Shown: positions 1 through 10,636 of the stretch, piece after piece | Layout of the letters: every line of letters starts with the position of its first letter | Position numbering within the stretch: position 1 is the first letter of the stretch | Assembly: GCA_964609155.1 (NCBI GenBank) | Contig: CAZSRF010000002.1 | Coordinates: 352-64,351 of the forward strand | Length of the DNA: 64,000 nt | Origin: an uncultured Gammaproteobacteria bacterium | Lineage (GTDB): Bacteria > Pseudomonadota > Gammaproteobacteria > JAGOUU01 | Reading direction: 5' to 3' | Made by a program: the position numbers and the translations under genes | Notes under the pieces: model-generated | Told to the model about the DNA's origin: nothing | What the model saw: the letters and a program-made list of their open reading frames with translations, nothing else | Database searches by the model: none

Positions 1-215
1 ATGGTGCTATTTTTGGTGTGGCTGCAAACCGTTGGATGCATCGATATGGTGAATTTACACCCAAAACTGCAGTAGAAGCGTTTAGCGTAGGTAAGTATGC
101 TTCAACAGCTTCAATCGCAATGGAGTCTGTACATAAGAATATTTTTAATAATAGCTCAGCTATGGAAGTTAAGAATATTCATAATACAGTTAAAGGTCGA
201 ATAGACAGAAGATAG
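1..215 (+). CDS. 3' end of a gene that enters from upstream of the window (frame 3: ...GAIFGVAANRWMHRYGEFTPKTAVEAF...); product not recognised
   Basis: Frame is open from position 3 to the stop at 213-215. The ATG at 18 is internal. No motif recognised. Confidence 0.35.
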   Translation, partial: GAIFGVAANRWMHRYGEFTPKTAVEAFSVGKYASTASIAMESVHKNIFNNSSAMEVKNIHNTVKGRIDRR

Positions 216-242
216 AGATAAAATAAAAATAAAGGAAAGGAT

Positions 243-1040
243 ATGAGGCCAGGTACGCATATATTTTTAGTAATTTTAGCTCTTCCAATATTTTCAATAT
301 TTTTTTACATAAATTGTATAAAATACTTGTCTTCCAAGAAAGCACTAATCGTATCAGTGAGTATTTTTCTTTTGATCCTCAATTATTTTTTAATGGTGTA
401 TTTAAGTTATTTATTACCAGAGAATTTAACATTATTAGAAAGTTTTTTTTATATAGCTCTTTTATACTTGGGTTTTTTTATTGGCACATACCCCTGGTTA
501 GAGCATAGTTTCAAAAAAGCCTACTATCATGATAAAAAACCAAACCCTAACATCTGCCAGGATTGCAGTGACGTTGCAGGATATCTCATGGAACCAAAAA
601 AAGCTAAATGGGTAGCATATGCTCATAGATATTCTATGTATGGTTCTGGTTTATCATTAGGAATAATCTTTATTTGCAGGAAATTCTATGGAATAGGGAT
701 GAATAATGAAGCCTATGGATGGATATACTATATTTTATGCATATTCCCAGCTTTATTTTTGTTTTGTATGGCATTCTTACGTTCAGTGGTTAAATGCCCT
801 AATTGCGAGTGTAGTTTATTTCCAATAACAGCAGAAGGAGATGCTTTTTTTACTATACCAAAACGTGTTATTAAAGATAAAGCTATAGACTGCATGATAT
901 GCAGTGCTACATATGCATTAGATCAAAGCATAGATTTGGATGAATTACGTCGTGATAAGAAAAAACGGATAGAAGATGGTAAGTTTATTAGTATAGGTCC
1001 TGATGGTAGAAAGAGAACGCAGGAGATTAATAATTCTTAA
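243..1040 (+). CDS. hypothetical membrane protein with C-terminal Cys-rich zinc-ribbon-like motifs (CQDC...CPNCEC...CMIC)
   Basis: Long ORF with several hydrophobic helices in both halves and paired CxxC motifs. No recognisable family. Confidence 0.45.
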   Translation: MRPGTHIFLVILALPIFSIFFYINCIKYLSSKKALIVSVSIFLLILNYFLMVYLSYLLPENLTLLESFFYIALLYLGFFIGTYPWLEHSFKKAYYHDKKPNPNICQDCSDVAGYLMEPKKAKWVAYAHRYSMYGSGLSLGIIFICRKFYGIGMNNEAYGWIYYILCIFPALFLFCMAFLRSVVKCPNCECSLFPITAEGDAFFTIPKRVIKDKAIDCMICSATYALDQSIDLDELRRDKKKRIEDGKFISIGPDGRKRTQEINNS

Positions 1041-1084
1041 GAATGCCAGCGCTAAGATAGTTAATGTGTGATAGCATAAATAGA

Positions 1085-2266
1085 TCAAGGTAAATATTTC
1101 ACGAGGAGTTTAAGTAAATTATAGGCAATTATGCTTTTTGTGTTTCGTTGGAGAATATAATGTTGGTGATCTTTTAATATCACGTGTAGCTGATTAAAGT
1201 CCAAACCAAAAACCTTGCCATCTGAAACATCGTTAATTGCTATCATATCTAGATTCTTCTCTTTAATTTTAGAGATACCATATTTTTCATGATCACTAGT
1301 TTCGGCAGCAAATCCTAAGCAAAATATATGAGGATATAAAGATTTTATGTGGCTAATGATATCTGTATTTTTAATTAGACGTAACGTAAAGTTTTCTTTT
1401 TTCTTTTTTATTTTATGGCTAGAGTAATTTTCTGGTCGGTAATCGGCAACAGCGGCACAGCCTATAAAAACATCAGCATCTTTAATGACTTTAATCGCTG
1501 CTGTCAGCATTTCTTCACTACTTTCTACTTCAACTATATTAACATGGGGAGGTTTGACAAGAGCTGTTGGCCCGCTAATTAATACTACTTCAGCACCCAT
1601 AGCATGGGCAGATTCAGCAAGTGCGTAACCCATTTTTCCAGAACTGTAATTACTTAAAAATCTTACAGGATCAATTTTTTCTCTCGTTGGGCCAGCAGTA
1701 ATGATAACTTTTTTGCCTTGTAATAACTGTGGCTGGATAGAATCTTGGCAAAACTTAACAATATCTTCTGGGTCAATCATCCGGCCCAGTCCAAAATCAC
1801 CACAAGCTTGCTGGCCATAAACAGGGCCTAATATTTGTATTCCGAACTCTTTCAGTATATTTATATTTTTTTGGACTATATTATTACCCCACATAACTTT
1901 ATTCATTGCGGGAGCAACTATTATTTTAGATTCTGTCGCAATACAAATTGTTGAAAGCAAACAATCAGCATTAGCATGAGCTAATTTTGCTATAAAATTA
2001 GCAGAGGCAGGAGCAATAACAATTAAATCTGCTGCTTTAGCAAGGCTAATGTGTAACATTTGGTCATTGGAATCTAAAATATCAGTATCACAAAATACTT
2101 TATTTGGAAAAATAGATCTTAAAGTTAAAACTGAAATAAATTGAGGCGCCGACTTAGATAAAACAATTGTGACATCGTAGCCTGGCTGAATAAAGGTTTT
2201 CGCCAAGTCGATGATTTTATATGCTGCTATACTTCCTGTAACACCTAGCAATATTTTATAACTCAT
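1085..2266 (-). CDS. coaBC: bifunctional phosphopantothenoylcysteine decarboxylase / phosphopantothenate-cysteine ligase (CoaBC/Dfp)
   Basis: About 393 aa. N-terminal flavoprotein motif KILLGVTGSIAAYK and PAMNKVMW. The C-terminal CoaB-like domain has the GKMG motif. The length is typical. Confidence 0.9.
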   Translation of the reverse strand: MSYKILLGVTGSIAAYKIIDLAKTFIQPGYDVTIVLSKSAPQFISVLTLRSIFPNKVFCDTDILDSNDQMLHISLAKAADLIVIAPASANFIAKLAHANADCLLSTICIATESKIIVAPAMNKVMWGNNIVQKNINILKEFGIQILGPVYGQQACGDFGLGRMIDPEDIVKFCQDSIQPQLLQGKKVIITAGPTREKIDPVRFLSNYSSGKMGYALAESAHAMGAEVVLISGPTALVKPPHVNIVEVESSEEMLTAAIKVIKDADVFIGCAAVADYRPENYSSHKIKKKKENFTLRLIKNTDIISHIKSLYPHIFCLGFAAETSDHEKYGISKIKEKNLDMIAINDVSDGKVFGLDFNQLHVILKDHQHYILQRNTKSIIAYNLLKLLVKYLP

Positions 2267-2479
2267 GTAGAACCCTATAACTAATTATCAATAGGTTATA
2301 ACATACCTAATTTAAGATTATACCATTTATAAGCTGAATAACAATAAGAGATAATTTCTTGCTAGAATATGGTTGTAATATTACTGAAATATTAATAGGG
2401 CTGTTTTATGTGTATTAGTTTCGTTAGTTTATTAAAAAAATCTGTACAGATTCTATTATTTTTTTAAAATCGCTGGGCA

Positions 2480-2851
2480 TTATGATTCCATACTAAAACC
2501 AGCCTGTTGCCACCCAGTAGATCCTGTCTCTAAAGAGGAGACATTTTTATAACCCATTTTTTGTAAGGTTTCTGCAACCAAAGCACATCTAAAACCTCCA
2601 CTACAGTAGACGACTATTTCTGTATTAACATCAGAAATAAGTTTTTCTATGTCTCTTTCAATTATACCTTTGCAAAGATGAATAGCCGAAGGAATATGAC
2701 CTGTTTGCCATTCTGATTCTTCTCTTATGTCTATTAATTTAAATTGTTCTTGTTGATCAAGTTTGTTTTTTAATGTTTTGGGTGAGATTTCTTTAATATT
2801 TTTTTTAGACTCAGTAACAAGAGTAAGAAACCTTGAAGAGTGATTTTTCAT
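2480..2851 (-). CDS. rhodanese-domain sulfurtransferase
   Basis: 123 aa. Active-site loop CSGGFR fits the rhodanese Cx4R catalytic motif. Confidence 0.7.
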   Translation of the reverse strand: MKNHSSRFLTLVTESKKNIKEISPKTLKNKLDQQEQFKLIDIREESEWQTGHIPSAIHLCKGIIERDIEKLISDVNTEIVVYCSGGFRCALVAETLQKMGYKNVSSLETGSTGWQQAGFSMES

Positions 2852-2855
2852 TTAG

Positions 2856-4832
2856 TTAGCCTCCGCTGCTAGTATTATTATAATCAATAGTTATAGGGAT
2901 CAATTCCCCTAAAATTGCAGGTGTTTTACCTAAGCGACTGCGATAAATTGCAGTATTTGTTAAGACGCGTTTAATATAATCTCTGGTTTCATAAAATGGT
3001 ACTAATTCAATCCAAATATCAGTCGCAATTGGTTTGCTATCTTTTAACCATTTTTTTACTCGTGTAGGTCCAGCGTTGTATGCTGCGGTTGCAAGGACAG
3101 CATTACCTTTATTATTTTCGAGCATTTTTTGTAGATATACTGATCCTAATCGGATATTAGTTGATTCATTAAGTAGACTGTTTTGATTAGAGTAGGGTAT
3201 TTTGTTTGCTTTTGCCAGCTTTTTTGCTGTTGTTGGCATCAATTGCATTAAACCTAAAGCTCCAGCTCGAGATTTAGCATCAACAATAAATGCACTTTCT
3301 TGTCGACTGATCGCAAAAACCCATGCAGGATCTAAATTATATTTTTTAGCAAATTTTAAAATAGGTTCTTGATACCCTAATGGGTATCTTAAATGCAAAA
3401 ATGCATTAGGTTTATCTTGGGAATTGTTTGAGTATTCTGGTTTGCCAAAATTAACAATATTACGATCATGCCAGTTTAATTCGCTTGCGATATTACCAGC
3501 TATGTATTGCTGCTTTTCATTAAGATTTTTTATAACACTATTCCATTCAAGTCTTGCTAACATGTAACGTTTTAGTTTATATAATTCAATAGCGCGATTA
3601 ATACCGGGATTACTTAGTAATTTTATCTTATCAGATTTATAAGGGGAGGTAATGGCAAATTCTATAGGGCACGGTTGTTTTAAATTACTACAGGCTAATA
3701 AACCATAGTAATTAGTTTTATTATAAATTAGTGAGTATAACTTTTTTGCCTCATTGTGTTGTTTGGTTTCATCGTAGGCACGTGCTAGCCAATAAATCCA
3801 AATGTCTTCTTTTTGTTCTTCTGTGGGAAGTTGTTTAATACGTTTTATCACATTGAACCAATTAGCATTTTTTAAAGCGCTTTTGATTGCTACAGTATGT
3901 AGTTGTGAGTTATAAAATTCTATGGGAATATCATTTAATAAAACCTCAGTTTTTTCATGATCTTGCATAAACATTCTTATAGTGGTAAATCTATAATAGT
4001 CATATTTGTCTTCATCATTAAACTGAAATCTTAAGTTGAGTTCGCGATAATTGCGTAGAGATTGTTCTATATTTTTAGTAGCTATTTTTTTTAAGCTATA
4101 GATGAGTATCTTATGATGAAAATTGTTACTACTATCAAAAAGTTTTACATGATTAATTAAATTAATATTATGATTAACTCGAACCCATAGTTTAATATCT
4201 TCATTCTCTTCATTTGGAAGATATTTCCCTAGTGCTTGTACCAATTCAATGTTATTAGTTTCTATAGCTTGATAGATACGTTTCCATATTAGATCAGAAT
4301 CAATAGTATTGTTAGAAATCCATTTATTAAATAAAAAATTACATTCTTTTGGCCGTGAATCACCTGATAACCAAAGTTCTTGAATGTTATTTGCTGTAAT
4401 TTTTTCGGGACTCGTATTTTCTAGTGCAGTAAAATATAAACATTTTAAACTGGTTAACGTATTTGGTTGGTAATATTTAATAATATCTGACCATCTTGAT
4501 TGTTTTGCAAGATAGTTTATCCAATAATAATTTAAAGTTTTGCTAACAGGAGAATCCTGGTAAATATTGTAGAAATTAGTGATTTTATCAACGGGGTTAT
4601 CGCGTACTTGATCTTTTAATAGCTCCAATTGTAAATAAGGGTAGAGGCTGTAGTTTTTTAAACGTGGATGAATTTTATCTTCAGAACGAATTTTACCGGT
4701 TTCGATTAATTTTTCTGTTTTAAGAAATTCCTGACGCAAAGATTGTATGTTAGCTAATAAAGTGCAAGGTAGGCTTAAGAAAGAAAGCAAAATAACAACA
4801 GTGTATTTTTTAATAACTGAATTAGTTACCAT
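2856..4832 (-). CDS. slt: soluble lytic murein transglycosylase (Slt70 family)
   Basis: 658 aa with a signal peptide and a superhelical N-terminal region. C-terminal SLT-domain signature ESAFIVDAKSRAGALGLMQLMPTTA. Confidence 0.85.
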   Translation of the reverse strand: MVTNSVIKKYTVVILLSFLSLPCTLLANIQSLRQEFLKTEKLIETGKIRSEDKIHPRLKNYSLYPYLQLELLKDQVRDNPVDKITNFYNIYQDSPVSKTLNYYWINYLAKQSRWSDIIKYYQPNTLTSLKCLYFTALENTSPEKITANNIQELWLSGDSRPKECNFLFNKWISNNTIDSDLIWKRIYQAIETNNIELVQALGKYLPNEENEDIKLWVRVNHNINLINHVKLFDSSNNFHHKILIYSLKKIATKNIEQSLRNYRELNLRFQFNDEDKYDYYRFTTIRMFMQDHEKTEVLLNDIPIEFYNSQLHTVAIKSALKNANWFNVIKRIKQLPTEEQKEDIWIYWLARAYDETKQHNEAKKLYSLIYNKTNYYGLLACSNLKQPCPIEFAITSPYKSDKIKLLSNPGINRAIELYKLKRYMLARLEWNSVIKNLNEKQQYIAGNIASELNWHDRNIVNFGKPEYSNNSQDKPNAFLHLRYPLGYQEPILKFAKKYNLDPAWVFAISRQESAFIVDAKSRAGALGLMQLMPTTAKKLAKANKIPYSNQNSLLNESTNIRLGSVYLQKMLENNKGNAVLATAAYNAGPTRVKKWLKDSKPIATDIWIELVPFYETRDYIKRVLTNTAIYRSRLGKTPAILGELIPITIDYNNTSSGG

Positions 4833-4983
4833 AACGGTTGTAAAATCTTAATTATATTATTATTCTTATTATACCAGTATAAAGTGAAAAAACAGAGGAA
4901 GTTTTACTTTCTAATTTGCGATTATTGCAACTCTGTGTCTATACTGTTTTTGTATATGCATATTAAAAAATGGAGAATATCTA

Positions 4984-5145
4984 ATGAAGAAAAAATTAAG
5001 CTTAGTGTCAATAATCTTAGCTAGTTTGGCTCTAGGTGCATGCGCGCCTTATATGAACAGACAGTTGGTAGAAGAAGTGCCTAGAAAACTAGACGCTCCT
5101 TGTGTTCCAACTAAAGACGGTATGTGTGCTGGTTGGTCTAAATAG
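4984..5145 (+). CDS. small predicted lipoprotein (53 aa; MKKKLSLVSIILASLALGAC...)
   Basis: Not in the ORF track because it is under 60 aa. ATG at 4984, stop at 5143-5145. Signal peptide with lipobox LALGAC. Lies in an otherwise empty intergenic gap. Confidence 0.4.
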   Translation: MKKKLSLVSIILASLALGACAPYMNRQLVEEVPRKLDAPCVPTKDGMCAGWSK

Positions 5146-5162
5146 TAGTCAAGTTAAATTAG

Positions 5163-6113
5163 TTAAAGTGAAGAATTAACATATTTAACACTTCCGATAG
5201 GAACTGGAATACCAAGAAACTCATTAGCTACTGAGTCAGTGGTGTTCCAGTCTACTTTGTAATTCATGTTCAAACCTAATAATTTATCTTTGATTAAGTC
5301 TTTCTTGTAAGAAAAACTTTCACTATCTTCTGATAAAGGCTTATGTGCTTCTAAATAGATATTTTCACCATCAGATCCTACTTTGTAGGGTTCGTTTATT
5401 ATTTTAACAGGAGTACCTACAGGCACAATATTAAATAAGTTTTTAATATCCGGGTTAAATAATCTGATACATCCATGGCTCACTCTAAGGCCAACTCCTA
5501 TTTCCACATTTGAGCCATGCAGTAAATAACCCGGAGCACTTAAGCGCAATACGTGTTTCCCTAGTGGGTTATCAGGACCTGCTGGAATAGAATTAGCAAT
5601 TTTTTCACCTCGTTTTCTATATTCTTCTTTAATGGATTCTGGAACCGTCCAAGTTGGGTTCTGTACTTTACCAGTTACAGTTGCATTAACAACAGGAGTT
5701 CCCCAATCTTTTTTACCAATGCCCACAGGGTAAGTTATTACTTGACCAGTACCTTCAGGAAAATAATAAAGCCTTAATTCAGCAAGATTTATCACAATAC
5801 CTTTACGAGTTTTTGGAAGAACATATCGTTGTGGTATTATAAGATCGCCATAGCTTGGGGACCATGGGTTGTAGCCAGGGTTAGCTTCCTCAAGCTCATG
5901 AAAACCTACACCATAACGTTCTGAAATAGTTAAAAAATTATCCTCTGGTTTTAGTTGATCAGGAGATAATCTAACAATATTGCCTACGATATCTCCATGA
6001 GCAGGTAAATTAAAAGTTTTAGCATATAAAGCTTGCGAGCCTATCAAAGAGCAAGCACTCAATACAGCAATTTTAAAAGCGATTATTTGAGATGACATTG
6101 ATTTATAAGCCAT
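5163..6113 (-). CDS. L,D-transpeptidase with N-terminal LysM domain (YkuD family)
   Basis: Catalytic motif SHGCIRL, an N-terminal LysM-like segment and a signal peptide. Confidence 0.85.
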   Translation of the reverse strand: MAYKSMSSQIIAFKIAVLSACSLIGSQALYAKTFNLPAHGDIVGNIVRLSPDQLKPEDNFLTISERYGVGFHELEEANPGYNPWSPSYGDLIIPQRYVLPKTRKGIVINLAELRLYYFPEGTGQVITYPVGIGKKDWGTPVVNATVTGKVQNPTWTVPESIKEEYRKRGEKIANSIPAGPDNPLGKHVLRLSAPGYLLHGSNVEIGVGLRVSHGCIRLFNPDIKNLFNIVPVGTPVKIINEPYKVGSDGENIYLEAHKPLSEDSESFSYKKDLIKDKLLGLNMNYKVDWNTTDSVANEFLGIPVPIGSVKYVNSSL

Positions 6114-6325
6114 AACACACCACCAGTTGTTTATAATTATTGTTTAGTTGTTCTTCTTATAACTAAATGTTAGGTGAGCAAATTACAGATGTCAATAGTT
6201 ATTTAGCTTGTTTTGTAGAGTTGGTCAAAAAGTTCCAATTTCAGATGTAATTTTTTTTGTTTTTTGCTAGGATGCATTAATTAACACAAAATAAAATAAA
6301 TTTATAACCTTTAAATAATACATTT

Positions 6326-7201
6326 ATGGAATCTGCTGGAAAAAGTCTTCGTCAGGCATTATTAATAGAAGCTCCTTTGCAAATAATAGGCGTTATTAAT
6401 CCTTATTGCGCATTATTAGCTAAACAATCTGGATTTAATGCACTATACCTATCTGGCGCTGGAATAGCTAATGCGCAATATGGTTTACCTGATTTAGGTA
6501 TGGTTACATTAACTGAGGTAGTTCAAGAGGTGAGAAAAATTTGTCGGGTTACAGATCTACCTTTATTAGTAGATGCTGACACAGGGTTTGGTGATATCTT
6601 AAATGTTGAACGTACAGTCATCGAAATAGAGCAAGCGGGAGCTGCTGGCATACACCTAGAAGATCAGATTACATCAAAACGTTGTGGTCATCGAGATAAT
6701 AAAAAAATTGTCAGCACCGCGCAGATGGTTGATAAGATTAAGATAGCTGTAGCTAGTAAAAAAAATCAAGATTTTGTAATAATGGCTAGATCTGATGCTG
6801 TAGCAGTAGAAGGGCTCGAAGAAGCAATAAAAAGAATGCAAGCTTATGTAATAGCTGGAGCAGATATGATATTTGCTGAGGCTGTCTATAGTCTAGCTGA
6901 TTATAAAAAAATAACTGATAGTATAAACGTGCCAGTTTTAGCTAATATAACAGAGTTTGGTAAAACCCCAATGTTTACCGTAGAAGAATTATCTTCTGCG
7001 GGTATAAGATTAGTTTTGTACCCTTTAAGCGCTTTTAGAGCAATGAGCAAGGCAGCTATTGAAACTTACAAAGTTATTCGTCAAGAAAAAACACAAAAAG
7101 CATGTTTAGATAAAATGCAAACACGAGAAGAATTATACACTACTTTAGGTTATTATAACTTTGAAGATAAACTAGAAACATTTTTGAATAATAACAAATA
7201 A
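6326..7201 (+). CDS. prpB: 2-methylisocitrate lyase
   Basis: Isocitrate-lyase-family signature KRCGH. The length and operon context with prpC and prpD fit. Confidence 0.9.
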   Translation: MESAGKSLRQALLIEAPLQIIGVINPYCALLAKQSGFNALYLSGAGIANAQYGLPDLGMVTLTEVVQEVRKICRVTDLPLLVDADTGFGDILNVERTVIEIEQAGAAGIHLEDQITSKRCGHRDNKKIVSTAQMVDKIKIAVASKKNQDFVIMARSDAVAVEGLEEAIKRMQAYVIAGADMIFAEAVYSLADYKKITDSINVPVLANITEFGKTPMFTVEELSSAGIRLVLYPLSAFRAMSKAAIETYKVIRQEKTQKACLDKMQTREELYTTLGYYNFEDKLETFLNNNK

Positions 7202-7224
7202 AAAATATGTAGATAGAGGTTAAA

Positions 7225-8367
7225 ATGTCGCAAGCAACTGTAAGAAAACTAAATGGAGAAGGCTTGGCTGGAGTAACTGCGGGTAAAACTGCTATATCAA
7301 CAGTGGGTAAAGAAGGGATGGGGTTAACATACAGAGGGTACTCAATCGAAGATTTAGCATCTAGAGCTTATTTTGAAGAAATTGCTTACTTATTAATTTA
7401 TGGACGACTTCCAACAACTAGCGAATTTAATAAATATAAAAATAAATTACAATCTCTAAGAACAGTGCCAGAAAAATTACAAAAGGTTTTAGAGCTTATT
7501 CCTGCTAACGCTCATCCTATGGATGTTTTGAGAACAGCTTGTTCCTATCTTGGCACGATAGAGCCAGAAGATAACAAAAATACACCAGCTAATGTGGCAG
7601 ATAGGTTAATGGCCATCTATCCTGGTGCTTTATTGTACTGGTATCATTTTACTAAAAACAATAAAAAAATAGTTACATCTACTAATCAAGATTCTATCGC
7701 AGGCCATTTTTTAGAGTTATTACATCAAAAAGAACCAGATTCATTATGGGTGGAAGCTGTTGATTCGTCTTTGACTTTATATGCAGAACATGAGTTTAAC
7801 GCTTCAACATTTGCAGCAAGAGTTTGTACATCAACCTTGGCGGATGTATACTCAGCAATGACTGCAGCAATTGGCACATTACGTGGTAATCTTCATGGTG
7901 GTGCAAATGAAGCAGCGATGGAATTAATTGAACAATATGATTCGGTTGAAACTGCAAAAGAAGATATTAAAGAAAAACTAGCAGCTAAATACAAGATTAT
8001 GGGATTTGGGCATAGGGTATATACAACTTGTGATCCACGTTCAGATATTATTAAAAAATGGTCTAAAAAATTATCTGAGAATAGTAATAACAAAAAAAAT
8101 CATATACTTTATGCTGTATCAGAATGCATTGAGCAAATGATGTGGAGTGAGAAAAAGTTATTCCCTAATTTGGATTTTTTTAGTGCTTCTGCGTATCACT
8201 TTTGTGGAATTCCAACGGCAATGTTCACGCCTTTATTTGTTATAGCAAGAACATCTGGATGGGCGGCTCATATTATAGAACAACGAGCTGATAATAGAAT
8301 TATAAGACCAATGGCTGATTATATCGGACCTGATGAGCAGGAATTTGTAGAATTAAGCGAAAGATAA
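7225..8367 (+). CDS. prpC: 2-methylcitrate synthase
   Basis: Citrate-synthase-family motifs including GFGHRVY. About 380 aa. Confidence 0.9.
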   Translation: MSQATVRKLNGEGLAGVTAGKTAISTVGKEGMGLTYRGYSIEDLASRAYFEEIAYLLIYGRLPTTSEFNKYKNKLQSLRTVPEKLQKVLELIPANAHPMDVLRTACSYLGTIEPEDNKNTPANVADRLMAIYPGALLYWYHFTKNNKKIVTSTNQDSIAGHFLELLHQKEPDSLWVEAVDSSLTLYAEHEFNASTFAARVCTSTLADVYSAMTAAIGTLRGNLHGGANEAAMELIEQYDSVETAKEDIKEKLAAKYKIMGFGHRVYTTCDPRSDIIKKWSKKLSENSNNKKNHILYAVSECIEQMMWSEKKLFPNLDFFSASAYHFCGIPTAMFTPLFVIARTSGWAAHIIEQRADNRIIRPMADYIGPDEQEFVELSER

Positions 8368-8400
8368 TTGTTGTAATTAGTTAGGAGTTGTGTATCTAAT

Positions 8401-9858
8401 ATGTCTAATTTAAGCAGTGCGGATGTTAATATTAAACAAAATTTCGATCAAGAACTTATTGATATTGCTCAATATGTTGATCAATATCAAATAACAAATC
8501 AATTAGCTTATGATACTGCTTATTACTGTCTCATGGATTCAATAGCTTGCGCTATTCAAGCTTTAGATTTTCCAGAGTGCACTAAGCATCTTGGTCCTTA
8601 TATACCAGGCACTATAGTACCTAATGGGGCTCGTGTATTAGGCACTTCTTATGTGCTAGATCCAGTAAAAGCAGCTTATGATAATGGTGTGCTTATAAGA
8701 TGGTTGGACTATAATGATACCTGGCTTGCCCAAGAGTGGGGGCATCCATCAGATAATTTAGGTGGTATTTTAGCTGTGGCGGATTTTTTGTCAAGACAAC
8801 AATTAGCTAATAACAAGTCTTGCCTAACCGTTAAAGATATTTTAACGTATTCTATTAAGGCACATGAAGTACAAGGTGGCACAGCTTTGGAAAATTGCTT
8901 TAACAAAGTAGGGTTGGATCATGTTGTTTTAGTAAAGTTAGCCTCAACCGCAGTGATTACCAAAATGCTAGGTGGAACGTTAAAAGATATAATTAGCGCA
9001 ATATCGCAAGTTTGGGTGGATGGACAAAGTTTACGTACGTACCGTCATGCACCTAACACAGGATCTAGAAAATCATGGGCTGCTGGAGATGCAACCTCTC
9101 GTGCGGTAAAGCTAGCAATGCTTACATTAAAAGGTGAAACAGGTTATCCAAGTGCTTTAAGTGCTAAAAATTGGGGATTTTATGATGTTTGTTTCAAACA
9201 AAATAAATTGAAGTATCCTGATTATTTTAAATTTTCTAGTTATGTTATGGAAAATATTTTATTTAAAATTTCTTTTCCAGCTGAATTTCATGCGCAGACT
9301 GCAGCTGAAGCTGCAATAAAGCTTCATTCTGCAGTTAAAAATAAGTTGTCAGATATTTCTAAGATATTATTAACAACACAAGAACCAGCTATAAGAATTA
9401 TTAGTAAAAATGGTCCATTACATAATCCTGCTGATAGAGATCATTGTTTGCAATATATTGTTGCAGTTGGTTTATTATATGGTGATCTTACAGCAAGACA
9501 TTATGAAGACTCTGTAGCTAATGATCATCGTATAGATGCTTTACGTGAATGTATGATAGTTTCAGAAGATAAACAATTGACTGCCGATTACTATGATCCA
9601 AACAAACGTGCTATTGGCAACAGTGTACAAGTATATTTTAATGATGGCAGTTGTACTGAAAAGGTTTCAATTGATTATCCGGTTGGTCATAAAAATAGAC
9701 GACAAGAAGGGTTACCTTTGTTAGACGAGAAGTTTAGAGCAAGTATAAGCAACTACTATAGTAAACGTCAGTCTACTCGTATCATTGATTTATTTAGTAA
9801 TAAAGAGCAGTTATTAAAAATGCCTGTGTATGAGCTTATGGATAATTTAATAATATAG
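8401..9858 (+). CDS. prpD: 2-methylcitrate dehydratase
   Basis: About 485 aa MmgE/PrpD-like protein. Third gene of the prpBCD arrangement. Confidence 0.85.
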   Translation: MSNLSSADVNIKQNFDQELIDIAQYVDQYQITNQLAYDTAYYCLMDSIACAIQALDFPECTKHLGPYIPGTIVPNGARVLGTSYVLDPVKAAYDNGVLIRWLDYNDTWLAQEWGHPSDNLGGILAVADFLSRQQLANNKSCLTVKDILTYSIKAHEVQGGTALENCFNKVGLDHVVLVKLASTAVITKMLGGTLKDIISAISQVWVDGQSLRTYRHAPNTGSRKSWAAGDATSRAVKLAMLTLKGETGYPSALSAKNWGFYDVCFKQNKLKYPDYFKFSSYVMENILFKISFPAEFHAQTAAEAAIKLHSAVKNKLSDISKILLTTQEPAIRIISKNGPLHNPADRDHCLQYIVAVGLLYGDLTARHYEDSVANDHRIDALRECMIVSEDKQLTADYYDPNKRAIGNSVQVYFNDGSCTEKVSIDYPVGHKNRRQEGLPLLDEKFRASISNYYSKRQSTRIIDLFSNKEQLLKMPVYELMDNLII

Positions 9859-10003
9859 AATATTCAAAAATAATTATTGCTTTCTAGAGTAACAAGAACT
9901 TAGGTAGCAGCAAGCCTCTTATACCTATTAACGAGCAGATATCTTGCACAGAAGCTCTGGGTTAGTTAACAGCTAGTTGAAACTTAATTATACTTGTGTA
10001 TAA

Positions 10004-10636
10004 TTGGTTATTATGAATAAGTTGTACACAATAAGCCAAGCAGCAACCCATTATGGTGTCTCATCCTCTACTTTAAGAAGATGGGAGCGTGAAGGCAAGC
10101 TAATACCAGATAGGACAAAGGGAAAACAACGAAGATATAAACTAGTAGACGAATGTGAATCTAAACTCCAAGTAGCACCAGATAAAAAAGTTACTGTAGC
10201 CTACGCTAGAGTTAGTAGTCACGATCAAAAAGCAGATTTAGAGCGTCAAAAGCAATTACTAGAAATGTATTGTGCTTCGCAAGGTTGGCAATTTAAAGTT
10301 ATTTCCGATCTTGGTAGTGGCATGAACTACAATAAACGTGGCCTAAAAGAGTTGTTGTCGGTAATTTTAAACGGCGACATAAGTCGTTTAGTATTAACAC
10401 ATAAAGATAGATTATTAAGATTTGGTGCTGAGTTAATATTTTCACTATGTGAACGTCGAGGTGTAGAAGTAGTTATTATTAATAAAGGCGATGAACCTAG
10501 TTTCGAAGAAGATTTAGCAAAAGACGTATTGGAAATAATCACAGTGTTTTCAGCTAGATTATATGGTTCAAGAAGTAAGAAAAATAAAAAGCTATTAGAA
10601 AATCTCAAGGAAGCGGCAAGTGTTGTTGGTTCATAA
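10004..10636 (+). CDS. tnpA: IS607-family transposase TnpA (MerR-like HTH fused to serine-recombinase/resolvase catalytic domain)
   Basis: N-terminal HTH (YTISQAATHYGVSSSTLRRWEREGKL). Resolvase catalytic region VAYARVSSHDQKADLERQ with the catalytic Ser. Confidence 0.85.
   Translation: MVIMNKLYTISQAATHYGVSSSTLRRWEREGKLIPDRTKGKQRRYKLVDECESKLQVAPDKKVTVAYARVSSHDQKADLERQKQLLEMYCASQGWQFKVISDLGSGMNYNKRGLKELLSVILNGDISRLVLTHKDRLLRFGAELIFSLCERRGVEVVIINKGDEPSFEEDLAKDVLEIITVFSARLYGSRSKKNKKLLENLKEAASVVGS

Noticed and set aside
314-508. 64-aa ORF in an alternative frame inside the 243-1040 gene
   Set aside because: Fully nested in a longer ORF on the same strand. Its low-complexity AT-driven translation is typical of spurious frames.
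6230-6325. Possible prpB promoter (TTGCTA-17-CAAAAT)
   Set aside because: The -10 match is weak, and prp operons are often sigma54/PrpR-dependent. I did not call it.
7893-8093. 66-aa antisense ORF inside prpC; similarly 8709-8906 inside prpD
   Set aside because: Both are antisense to well-supported enzyme genes, with no RBS or conservation signal.
10327-10608. 93-aa antisense ORF inside tnpA; also 11060-11302 and 11658-11855 antisense to tnpB
   Set aside because: All three are nested antisense frames within the IS element and are most likely non-coding.
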